From positions 17,744,203 to 17,780,089 of the forward strand of contig NC_057749.1 of NCBI RefSeq assembly GCF_004010195.1: a stretch of 35,887 bases of DNA. The letters are read 5' to 3'. This document shows positions 1-10,214 of the stretch, piece by piece; position 1 is the first letter of the stretch, and each line of letters opens with the position of its first letter. The notes beneath the pieces are model-generated. The model was given only the letters and a program-made list of their open reading frames with translations, had not been told where the DNA came from and searched no databases. The stretch comes from Chiloscyllium plagiosum. Its lineage: Eukaryota. A program made the translations under genes and the position numbers.

Positions 1-194
1 GTGTGGGCGCAAGTTTTGCATTTCTTGCGGTTGCAGGGGAAGGTGCTGGGAGTGGCGGTTGGGTTGGTGGGGGGTGTGGACCTGACGAGGGAGTCAGGGA
101 GGGAGTGGTCTTTTTGGAACGCTGATAGGGGAGGGGAGGGAAATATATCCTTGGTGGTGGGGTCCGTTTGGAGGTGGTGGAAATGACGACGGAT
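1..194 (-). mobile_element. Penelope-like element ORF fragment (linker between RT and GIY-YIG endonuclease)
   Basis: Minus-strand translation IRRHFHHLQTDPTTKDIFPSPPLSAFQKDHSLPDSLVRSTPPTNPTATPSTFPCNRKKCKTCAH resembles the PLE linker with its CxxxxCxxC knuckle; continues off the window edge. Confidence 0.75.
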
Positions 195-256
195 TTTATT
201 GACTATGATTGGGGTTGTCAGCCTGCGCCAATCAGTGAGCCCTGGATGACGGATAT

Positions 257-2570
257 AAACAGGGGAAGAGGTAGGCGCCGCAGGGAGTGGAGTGCATCAT
301 TTCTCCCTCCAACTCTATTTTGATTTAGTCCCTACCCTCCCCTTCACTGTTTTGATCACACAGCACTGTCCTTTGATGTGAAGGGCAGTGCTTGTCACTG
401 GCCACCCGGGTGTTTTCCTATCTTCCTGGTGGTGGAAATTGAATAAAGATTGGTGCACTTTGTGTCTTTCACTGTGTCTCCCACCTGCACACACACACCA
501 TGGGTGCTGGGGATAAAATAAGCACTACCGCACTTAGGTGGTAGTGTGGGGGTTAAATTTAAAAAAGAAAAAAAAAGAAAAAGAAAAAAAATAAATAAAT
601 AAAAAGGAGTATCTTCTCCCTCCAATTCTATTTTGATTTAGTCCCTACCCTCCCCTTCACTGTTAAAAAAAAGGAAAAAAAAAGAAGAATAAAAAAAAAT
701 AATAATAAATAAACAGGGGAAGAGGTAGGCGCCGCAGGGAGTGGAGTGCATCATTTCTCCCTCCAACTCTATTTTGATTTAGTCCCTACCCACCCCTTCA
801 CTGTTTTGATCACACAGCACTGCCCTCTGATGTGAAGGNNNNNNNNNNNNNNNNNNNNNNNNNNNNNNNNNNNNNNNNNNNNNNNNNNNNNNNNNNNNNN
901 NNNNNNNNNNNNNNNNNNNNNNNNNNNNNAATAAATAAAAAAAAATAAAAAAAATACACAGGAGGGAGCACTTTGTGTCTTTCACTGAAAAAAAAAACAG
1001 GGGAAGAGGTGGGCGCCGCATGGAGTGGAGTGCATCATTTCTCCCTCCAACTCTATTTTGATTTAGTCCCTACCCTCCCCTTCACTGTTTTGATCACACA
1101 GCACTGTCCCTTGATGTAAAGGGCAGTGTTTGTCACTGGCCACCCAGGTGTTTTCCTATCTTCCTGGTGGTGGAAATTGAATAAAGATTCGTGCACTTTG
1201 TGTCTTCCACTGTGTCTCACACCTGCACACACACACACCATGGGTGCTGGGGAAAAAAAAAATAAGCACTAAAAAAAATAAATAAAATAAACAGGGGAAG
1301 AGGTGGGTGCCGCAGGGAGTGGAATGCATCATTTCTCCCTCCAACTCTATTTTGATTTAGTCCCTACCCTCCCCTTCACTGTTTTGATCACACAGCACTG
1401 TCCCTTGATGTGAAGGGCAGTGTTTGTCACTGGCCACCCAGGTGTTTTCCTATCTTCCTGGTGGTGGAAATTGAATAAAGATTTGTGCACTTTGTGTCTT
1501 TCACTGTGTCTCACACCTGCACACACACACCATGGGTGCTGGGGAAAAAATAAGCATTACCGCACTTAGGTGGTAGTGTGGGGGTTAAATTTTTTTAAAA
1601 AAGAAAAGAAAAAAAAAGAAAAAAAACTTAACCAGGGATTGGTGGGCGCCGCAGGGAGTGGAGTGCAAGAAGAAAAAAAAATAAACAGGGGAAGAGGTGG
1701 GTGCCGCAGGGAGTGGAGTGCATCATTTCTCCCTCCAACTCTATTTTGATTTAGTCCCTACCCTCCCCCTCACTGTTTTGATCACACAGCACTGCCCTTT
1801 AATAGATAGAGTAGACAGTCAGAAACTTTTTCCCCGGGTACAACAGAGTGTTACAAGGGGACATAAATTTAAGGTGAAGGGTGGAAGGTATAGGGGAGAT
1901 GTCAGGGGTGGGTTCTTTACCCAGAGAGTGGTGGGGGCATGGAATGCGCTGCCCGTGGGAGTGGTAGAGTCGGAATCATTGGCGACCTTTAAGCGGCATT
2001 TGGATAGGTACATGGATGGGTACTTAATCTAGGTTAGAAGTTCGGCACAACATCGTGGGCCGAAGGGCCTGTTCTGTGCTGTATTGTTCTATGTTCTATG
2101 TTTGTCACTGGCCACCCGGGTGTTTTCCTATCTTCCTGGTGGTGGAAGTTGAATAAAGATTCGTGCACCTTGTGTCTCTCACTGTGTCTCACACCTGCAC
2201 ACACACACCATGGGTGCTGGGGCAAAAATAAGCACTACCGTGGTTAGGCGGGAGTGTGGGGGTTTTAAAAAATAAAAATAAAAAGATAAAAAAGAAAAAA
2301 ATAAACATAAAAAAAGGGAATGAGGTGGGCTCCGCGGGGTATGGAGTGTTTTATCTCCCCCTCTAATTCTGTTTTGATTTAATCCCTATTCCCCCCCCAC
2401 CCCTTTCACTGTTTTGATCACTTCGGCATTGCCCTCTGGGAAGGGCACTGCTTGTCTCTGGACACTCGGGTGTTTCCTTTCTTCCTGGTGGTGGAATGTG
2501 ACTCATGTTTTCTGCACTAGTTGTTTCTTCGCTGTGTCCTATACCTACACACACACATGCACACTATATA
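257..2570 (+). mobile_element. Head-to-tail array of Tx1-clade non-LTR retrotransposon 3' ends (about 300-bp units plus shorter pieces, each A-tailed)
   Basis: Units start at about 257, 606, 709, 958, 995, 1288, 1630, 1682 and 2316. Most begin AAACAGGGGAAGAGGT(A/G)GG and encode a terminal peptide RWAPQGVECIISPSNSILI*; complete units end GGTAGTGTGGGGGTT plus an A-rich tail. The same 3' end is linked to a Tx1-like ORF2 at 13561-14195. Confidence 0.8.
1801..2100 (+). mobile_element. CR1 LINE 3' end nested in a Tx1 unit
   Basis: Peptide IDRVDSQKLFPRVQQSVTRGHKFKVKGGRYRGDVRGGFFTQRVVGAWNALP (CR1 ORF2 C-terminus) and a (GTTCTAT)n-type tail. Confidence 0.9.
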
Positions 2571-2700
2571 TAAAACCAGGAGATTAGAATCTCCTCAGTT
2601 GAAGACTGACTCCGAGCTGGCAAAAAAAAAATGTAAATAGGATTTTGTGTAACCAGGAGGTTCCGAATCTCCTCAGTTCAGGGGACTGACTCTGAGCTGG

Positions 2701-4393
2701 CTGCTGTTACAGTCAGTGTGTTACTGTTGGTTTCTACTTCTCTTTTTTTTGGAGGGGGAAACCTGATGCCTGAATTATTTAGTCAGTTTGTTAACTGCCA
2801 TTCCTCTTTTTTTTTTTCTTCTTTTTTAACTGCCATTCCTCTTAGTGAGGACTGATTGTTAAACTCCTGATGCACATCATGTGTTTCAGGTGAAACTCAG
2901 TTCTCATTAGGGGACTGTTGTTTCACTGGCTGGTTATAGCCTGTGTGTTACTCTTTTCTCTCCTTTTACTTTTGAGAAAAGGACAATGTGGATTTTTGGT
3001 AGCCTTTGGACTCTAGTTTTCTTTGTCCTTTCTTGTATGTGTCTTCACTTTTTATTGGTGTTTGGACTGAGCCCTTGTGGAAGACATACATTTCACCAGA
3101 GGAGCTGTTCCTATGGGGAGGCCTAGCCCTCTGAAGATTGAACACCTGTGTGTGTGCTGGGAGGTGAGCAGTTGCTGTATCCTGGAGTTTGGCACACAGA
3201 CCTCTCCTTCAGGAGTGGATCAAACCCCTGCGAGTTAATTGCACCTGTACTATGTTCCTGTGAGTGGGCCTGGTTTTCCAAGGCTGGGCCAGGGCTCCAT
3301 GGAGACTGACTGCCTGTGTGCTGTGGGATGTGCATTTGCTGCCTTCAGGAGTGGACTCTGCCCTTGGTTGTGGACTCTGTTTTTAGCAACAGACTCTGCT
3401 GTTTGGAGTGGACCCCATTTCTGACAATGCACATTGTATACTGGAGTGGACTCTTCCTGGAAATGGATTCTATATTTTGAAGACTGTATAGAGTTGGACT
3501 GTGTACCAGAAAGGACTCTGTTTTTTGATAATTAACTGTATTGTGGTGTTTCCTGGGTCTATCACTTGCACTGTCTTGTGTGTCCCTGGGTCTGGTAGGC
3601 CTTACTGTGAGCTGGGAGGCTCATGGGTCGTCCTGAAAGCTGTCACCCCGAGAGCCGGAGGGTGGGTAGGCCATCCTGTGAACCTGAAGGTTGGTAGGCT
3701 GTCCTGAAAGCTGGTGGGTGGTATGCCACCCTGATGCCAGTCCCCCAAGAGCCAGATGGTGGGTAGGCTGTTCTAAGCGCTATCGTCCTAAGAAGGGGTA
3801 TTCGGGACGGGCTGTCCTAAAGGTGTGTCAGAGCAGCTGAGAGCCAGAAAGTGCGTAGGGGTGGGCTGAGATCCAGAAGGCTTGTGGGCTACCCTGCAAG
3901 CTGTCATCCCAGGGAAGGAGATGGGCTGTCCTAGAGGTGGCTGGATGGTGTACCAGGATAGCCCATTGGCTGGATGGTGCATCGGGGTGGGTGAGAGCCC
4001 AATGGTACATAGGGGCAGACCGAGAGCCAGAAGGCAGGTAGCCGTCCTGACTGCTGTCACCCCGGGCGGGTACCGGGGCAGGCTGCCCTAGAGGTGGTCG
4101 AAAGGTGTGTCAGGGCAGACCGAGAACTGGAAGGGGCATGGGGTGGACTGGGAGCGGGAAGGTGCGTGGGGGCGGGCTGCCTTAGAGTGGTCGGAAGGTG
4201 GGAGGGATGGGGTCTTGCTGGGTCTGTATTGTATGCACTGTTTATGTAACTGGATTAGCTTTTTATGTACAAATGTCGCTGTCTTTTATATGTGGAACTG
4301 GGATTTGAGGTTTGTCCTCATCTCCCTGTAAACTGGTTGAACGGTAGGGTTTGGAGCCTAGCTTTGCTGCTCTTCTCCCTTGTATATAATTAT
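2701..4393 (+). other. Unclassified 1.7-kb insert inside the LTR, bounded by 125-bp direct repeats
   Basis: 2576-2700 and 4394-4518 are near-identical. The interior has recurring GGAGTGGACTC motifs (about 3210-3500), degenerate GC-rich repeats (GGCTGTCCT(A/G).../CCGAGAGCC, about 3620-4200) and a T-rich end. Confidence 0.5.
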
Positions 4394-4632
4394 CCAGGAG
4401 ATTAAAATCTCCTCAGTTAAAGACTGACTCCAAGCTGGCCAAAAAAAAATGTAAATAGGATTATGTGTAACCAGGAGGTTCTGAATCTCCTCAGGTTAGG
4501 GGACTGACTCTGAGCTGGTATACAGTGCATGTGTAAATAAAGGGAGACTTGGTGATGGGATACCAGCCTCTGTGCAATTATTTCATTTCATATCCTGGAT
4601 TTCCCCAAAGTCTTTATATGTAAGGATGATAT

Positions 4633-4947
4633 GGGTGGCATGATGGCTGTGGTTAGCACTGCTGCCTCACAGCATCAGGGACCTGAGTTTGATTCCAGCC
4701 TTGGGCGACTGTCTGTGTGGAGTTTGCACATACTCCCATGTCTGCGTGAGTTTCCTCCGGGTGCTCCGGTTTCTTCCCACAATCCAAAGATATGCAGGTT
4801 AGGTGAATTGGCCATGCTAAATTTCCCATAGTGTTCAGTGTATTAGTCAGAAGGAAATGGGTCTGGGTGGGTTACTCTTCGGAGGGTGGGTGTGGACTGG
4901 CTGGGCCGAAGGGCCTGTTTCCACACTGTAGGGAATCTAATCTAATC
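4633..4947 (+). mobile_element. HE1-type tRNA-derived V-SINE
   Basis: A/B-box head (TGGTTAGCACTG...GAGTTTGATTCC), core GTCTGTGTGGAGTTTGCACA...GGTGCTCCGGTTTC, CR1-like tail ending (TCTAA)n; five copies in the window. Confidence 0.9.
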
Positions 4948-5440
4948 CAGTTTCTTTTTGAAAGTTATGATTGAATTTGTTTCCCCTGATCTTTTGGGTA
5001 GCCCATCCAATCATAGCCTTGACACAGTGTAAAGGAAATTCTTACATCCTTCATAATGTTGGTGGGAGGTCCCTGCACCTTTAGTAAGTGGGAAAATGAC
5101 TCCTGAAGGAATGGTGCCTATTTTATTTGAAGCTGGAATCCCACCAATGGGGTTTGTGGCAGCAGCTGTTTGTCGAATTCCTTTCCTGTTTCATATTTTT
5201 GAGGATGGAAGGAATTCTGAGAAGAGTGTATATTGTAAAGACTGTGTCTTTTTATTTAACTTTTTTTTTGTGACCTGAAATGGCAAAAAGACTCTTTTCT
5301 TTAAAAAAAAAAGATTGTGGAAATGATCATTGCATTTTTTAAAAGCAAGTTCCTGAAACTCATTGCAAGTTCTGTTTACACAGCTGCTTGTACAGGAGGG
5401 GAAGTTACTCCAGACAGGCTGGAGCCAGGGAACGCTTACC

Positions 5441-5696
5441 AAGGTAGATTGTAATATTTCTTAACCAGCTCTGTCAACTCTTGGAAAGTTTTAGTGTCTG
5501 TTGCTTCTGAAAAAGTTAAGCCCCTTATAACAGAGAATGCTGTTGGTTCACAAGCAGTCAGAAGGGTTACTCATTGTTTTTCATCTACCGCAATGTCACT
5601 TGCCCAGAAAAAAAATATACGCCATTCTTTCCACAAACTGGGCCCAGTCTTCAACAGATTGTTCAAACGACTCAAGCTTCCCAAATAAAGGGCTGA
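5441..5696 (-). mobile_element. Degenerate Gypsy-type gag N-terminal fragment
   Basis: Minus strand reads PLFGKLESFEQSVEDWAQFVERMAY, then after a frameshift DIAVDEKQ*VTLLTACEPTAFSVIRGLTFSEATDTKTFQELTELVKKYY; this resembles fish Gypsy gag starts. Confidence 0.7.
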
Positions 5697-5939
5697 CCCC
5701 AACTTCAAGATGATTGCTTACAAAGAGAGATTCAGCAGACAACAAGTAGCTGATTGGTCTGTTAATGATAAACACTTGTTGATGACAAAGACTTTGATCT
5801 CCAGCATCTGCAGACCTCACTTTCTCCTCCCAAATAAAGGGCTGACCCCAACTCCAAGATGATTGCTTACAAAGAGAGATTCAGCAGACAACAAGTAGCT
5901 GATTGGTCTGTTAATGATAAACACTTGTTGATGACAAAG
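5681..5939. repeat. 110-bp direct duplication flanking a 39-bp Penelope-derived terminal fragment
   Basis: 5681-5790 equals 5830-5939 with one visible mismatch. The spacer 5791-5829 (...GATCTCCAGCATCTGCAGACCTCACTTTCTCCTC) is the reverse complement of 28621-28654. Confidence 0.9.
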
Positions 5940-7364
5940 GCCTTCTGCCTGGCAACATCCACGTGATTGGCTGGCAGGTAGCTGAACAGCTTGTGGGTGT
6001 GAATATTTTGGGCAGAAGCCAATCGGACGTCCAGACAGGAAGAGGCTATTTATGTTGGGCATAAAAACGCCTCAAACCTCAAAGGAAGCCAGTTTATATT
6101 CTCCTATTGGCTGCTGCAAGCTGTGGCTCTTGACTCAAGTTGGTTTGGTTTGAAAAATAATTTGAGAATAAAACTGACTTCGAGGATGTTCTACCAAATA
6201 ACACAAGTTCTCCAAGTTTTTTGAGGAAAAAAATGACTTCGAGAGAAGTGGATAATGCCTAGTAGTTCTGAGAGGATGTTTATCTCTTGATTAAATTCCA
6301 AGGCAGTGTTAATGGGTGTTTAGTGAGGTATTGTTTGTGACTGCCTGTACTCAGACCAGCTGCTCACATTGGTTCGAATACACCACAGATCAGAATAAAA
6401 TACAATCATCTTCCAGGGGATGAGTCTATTGAAATGAAAAACCACAGATTAAAAATTGAACTGGTTTAAATTTGTTAGATTGGGTTTAAGGCGAAAGTTT
6501 ATTGTTTAAAATAAATCTCCTACTTGTTCCACGTACCTATTTAATCATTATTGTGTGTGCTGGCTTTGTTTTAGTTGGTAGAGATTCCATTAACATTTCA
6601 AATTCACACGGATGATCTGCTACTTGTTTTCTTACCATTGATTCAGCTGGCTTCTATTCAGCCAGATCCCAATGACTATCTAACTTGTCCAGTATTCCCA
6701 GAATTGGGATCCTGTATTAGTGGAAGTTTTGAGATCGAGCTGTGCTCTCCATGTCTAGGTATCTCGACTTGGTTTTGCCACTAGTCCGGGGGGGTGGGTG
6801 AAGAGAAAATAAGGCAAACTTAAACCATTCTGTGGCATTTCCATCTCCTGCTTTGGATTTTCCCAACACCCGGTGGGCATAGAGAATGACAAAGCAGCTG
6901 GTGAGGTCAGACTGGGAGCTGTTGAGTCTGCACAGGATTCCCATACACCGAATGGATCGGGAGGTCAGGGATCCCTGTGCACCGAATGGATCGGGAGTGG
7001 GAGATGAAGCCAGAGAGCACAGCTATTTTTGGTATCTCCAAAGTGTAGACCTGTCAGGTGCTGTATAAATCTTGCCAGGTGAGGGAGAATTGAGGATTGC
7101 TTCCTGTTCAGTTTTCAGTGAGTGCTTGGTGTCAGTCGCATGGTCAGAAAGCTCTCTTGGTATTGTCCTGTTGATTGCAGCTCGACACAGTGCTGAGACC
7201 TCCTCTCTCTCCGATACTGACCAAATCACTGTCCAATTTCCTGCGAATCAATCAGCTTATCCAAGATGTCTTTGTCTTCTGAAATACTTGGGTAAATATT
7301 CCATGTTAAGGAGCAATTTAAAGTCTGTGTTGTCACACAGTATTACAATGAATGGAGAGAGAGT

Positions 7365-7600
7365 GCTAATTACGTGAAGGCAGCAATGATTAATTCTGAT
7401 TGACATTGGGAGCTTTAATTATTCCAACTGGTTAACCGAAGTATTAATTACTCCAATTAATAGGGAGTAGTAATTATTCCAATTGATGGGAGAACTGATT
7501 GCTCCAATCAATGGGGAGTGTTAGTTACTCCAGTGACTGTATGGAGTAGTAATTATTCAAATTGACATATGGAGCGGTAATTACTCCAATTGTTATAGGA
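7365..7600. repeat. Degenerate minisatellite of about 27-31 bp (TAATTA(C/T)TCCAATTG...GGAG)
   Basis: About 8 imperfect copies, e.g. at about 7416, 7445, 7471, 7550 and 7578. Confidence 0.7.
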
Positions 7601-8113
7601 ATCTTTCTCAATCTTGGACAGAATTTCTTTTTAAAACATGGCTTTTGTCTGCCCTCCAGCCTCTGCCATTGTTTTTCTTTGCTCTGCAATTTATATTCTG
7701 GTCAAACATTTCTCTCTCGCTCCTTCGAAACTTCAAATACCCCAGACCAGTCATTAGTAGCCCTGACCAGACTGGATTCCGTGCTGAAAACCGTACTGTG
7801 CTGTATTGACATCCCTAACAAACATCTCCATGTTTGATATCAAATGAGTTTAAGCTGAAGCTTATGGTTATGGAAACACCAGCATATTCTTACAGCATGT
7901 TCCCACTTGCAGTGTGGATGACTAAAGGCTGAACTGTATAGGCAGGGTGAAAAGACATCTGGTGGTGATACATGCTGCATACCAGAGGGTTCCTGTGGCA
8001 GGTTGCCTTCTCTAAACCATGACACTCTCGCTGGATTTCTAAAGAAAGAAAGAATCTCTTTTTAAGCAACTCTTTCAATAAAACAAAAGGGGTCCTGCTG
8101 GTGAGATTTCTGT

Positions 8114-8304
8114 GATGTGGAGGGGCCGGTGTTGGACTGGGGGGGGGGGGGAAACAAGGTCAGAAGTTACGTGACCCCAGGTTCTAGTCCGACAGGTTAA
8201 TTTGAAATCACAAGCTTTCAGAGAGCTGCTCCTTCATCAGGTTCACCTAGTGATTTCAAATAAACCTGTCGGACTAGAACCTGGGGTAGTGTGACTTGTG
8301 ACCT
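8114..8304. mobile_element. Short fold-back Penelope-derived element with a hammerhead-like core
   Basis: Inverted arms at about 8157-8211 and 8250-8305; minus-strand CTGATGAAGGAGCAGCTCTCTGAAAGC at 8213-8240; 12-bp target duplication TGAGATTTCTGT at 8102-8113 and 8305-8316. Confidence 0.75.
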
Positions 8305-9254
8305 TGAGATTTCTGTTGTTTAATTTATTTACTCTCTGACTTCCTTAAATTGGCTGCAAGAGGTGATTACCTTTCTGTATTCCTCCAGTGAGGAAAGTCA
8401 GATTCTGTTTGATTCTCTAATTTCTAAATTGATATTGATGTTTCTCTGATAACAGACTGCAACTCCTGCAGAAAGGGGAAGGGCCAGAATTTCCCTTCTA
8501 TTTGTACAACGAGGTATGAGGTGTGCTTGTGGTTTGAGCTCTCTGTTCTCTGCTTTCCTTCACACAACCTTCAACTCTCCAATGTGAAGCTTTCATCAGT
8601 CATGGTGACTTTGGTCTCTGGCCCTGGTTTTGTTGTGGTAATGAAATTCTTAATCGTAATGTTGACAGTCTGCAGCCTTTTGGAGTCTGACTTTTGATCG
8701 AAAGAGACATTGAATTTAGAACATCAGTGTGAAGCCCTTAAAGTAGGGTACCTAACTGCAGATCTTTCAGATGACATAACCTCTCAATGCCTAATACATT
8801 CTGCCCAGGGGGTGATTTACCCTTCTGGTTTGTGCATGCACATTACTGCTCAGGCCAATTAGAGACAGGCAATGGAAGCTAACTAGTGAGGTACATCCCA
8901 TCAATTGGTAAATTGTAAAATGATCCACTTCCATCTGATACTATCCAACAGTTTTAAAGATTCCTTGCTGGGATGTGGAAAATGCTGGCCTGGCCATTGA
9001 GGAGATGACAACAAACTGCTGCAGTTCTTGTCGTGTTAAGGACGGAGTTCTCAGATTTTGACCCAGTTTACGAAGAAGGAATTGAACCTGATTTGAAATC
9101 GGAAGGAAGTTTGCAGGGAGTAGTGTTCCCTTGTCCTTCTTGATGGTCGCAGGTATGGGATTGAGAAGTGCTGTCAAAGGTGAGCCATAGACTCCCCTGT
9201 CCAGAAGGAGGTCACTTGGCCCATTGAATCTGCAATGACCATCCCTAGATACAG

Positions 9255-9485
9255 CCCTATCCTGTGGCTAACCCACCTAGCCTGCACATCCCTGGACACT
9301 ATGGGCAATCTAGCATAGCCAATCCACCCTAACCTGCACATCTTTGGACTGTGGGAAGGAACTGGAGCACCTGGAGGAAACTCTCACTGACGCGGGGAGA
9401 GCATGCAAACTCAACACCGATAAACTCCACAAACACCTGAGGGTGGGATTGAACCCAGGTCCCTAGCACTGAGCCACTGTGCCAA
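9255..9485 (-). mobile_element. HE1-type V-SINE, diverged
   Basis: Reverse-complement similarity to 4633-4947 (CCTGCACATCTTTGGACTGTGGG...GGAGCACCTGGAGGAAAC). Confidence 0.8.
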
Positions 9486-10214
9486 CCCTAAATTACCCCT
9501 AAAGAGATTTGGTGAATTTCTGCAGTACATCCTGTAGTTGGCACACTCTGCTGCTAAGCATTGGTGTTGGAGCAAGTGAATAATGGGGTCTATCACGTCA
9601 GCTGCATTGTTCTGGATAGTGCCTGGGTGAAGCCCAATGGTGTAAGGTATTCTCTGGCAAGAAGAGAATGTTCCATTACACTCCTGACTTGTGCCTTGTT
9701 TACTTTGGAGAGTCAGGAAGTATAAAATGTCCAGTCACTGACCCTACTGATACTAAAGTAACATCAGAAATTAAGAGAAATGAAAAACACCACAAATTCA
9801 GTCAGACCTCAAAAGGAAAGAGTTGGGGTATCCTGTTGAATGGGATTAATTTCTAAAAAAGGATCTCAACCTTTCTTTTCCATTTGCTAATAGACTCCTT
9901 TTTATATTCCAAATCCCTGTCATCATTCACTGGTCCTGCTTTGGTCCAATCCATCCTTTGGCTGCAATGGTCACTAACTCTATCTCTCCCCTTTTGTTAC
10001 TAACCCTCCTGCATTTCAGTTCTGCTCCTCTGTATCCATGTGCTGTACATCCTCATCAAACTGCCCTCCTTCACTGGCCCTGCCATGCTCTGCCTTTGAA
10101 AAACCACCACAAAATACATAAATAAAAGAAAACTTCTGCAGAGGCTGGAGATCTGAAAACAATAATGAAATGCTGGAGAGATACTGCAGATCTAGCAGCA
10201 TCTGTGGAGAAAGG

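Larger units (their letters stand above)
205..4585 (+). mobile_element. Solo LTR (5' end lost), split at the TATA box by nested insertions
   Basis: CCAATCAGTGAGCCCTGGATGACGGATATAAACAGG at 228-263 and AATAAAGGGAGACTTGGTGATGGGATACCAGCCTCTGTGCAATTATTTCA ending 4585 both match the reverse complement of the TG...CA element at 21725-23791. Confidence 0.75.

Noticed and set aside
4633..4700. tRNA genes at SINE heads (also 11530, 15830, 25940)
   Set aside because: A/B boxes continue into SINE bodies; no full cloverleaf.
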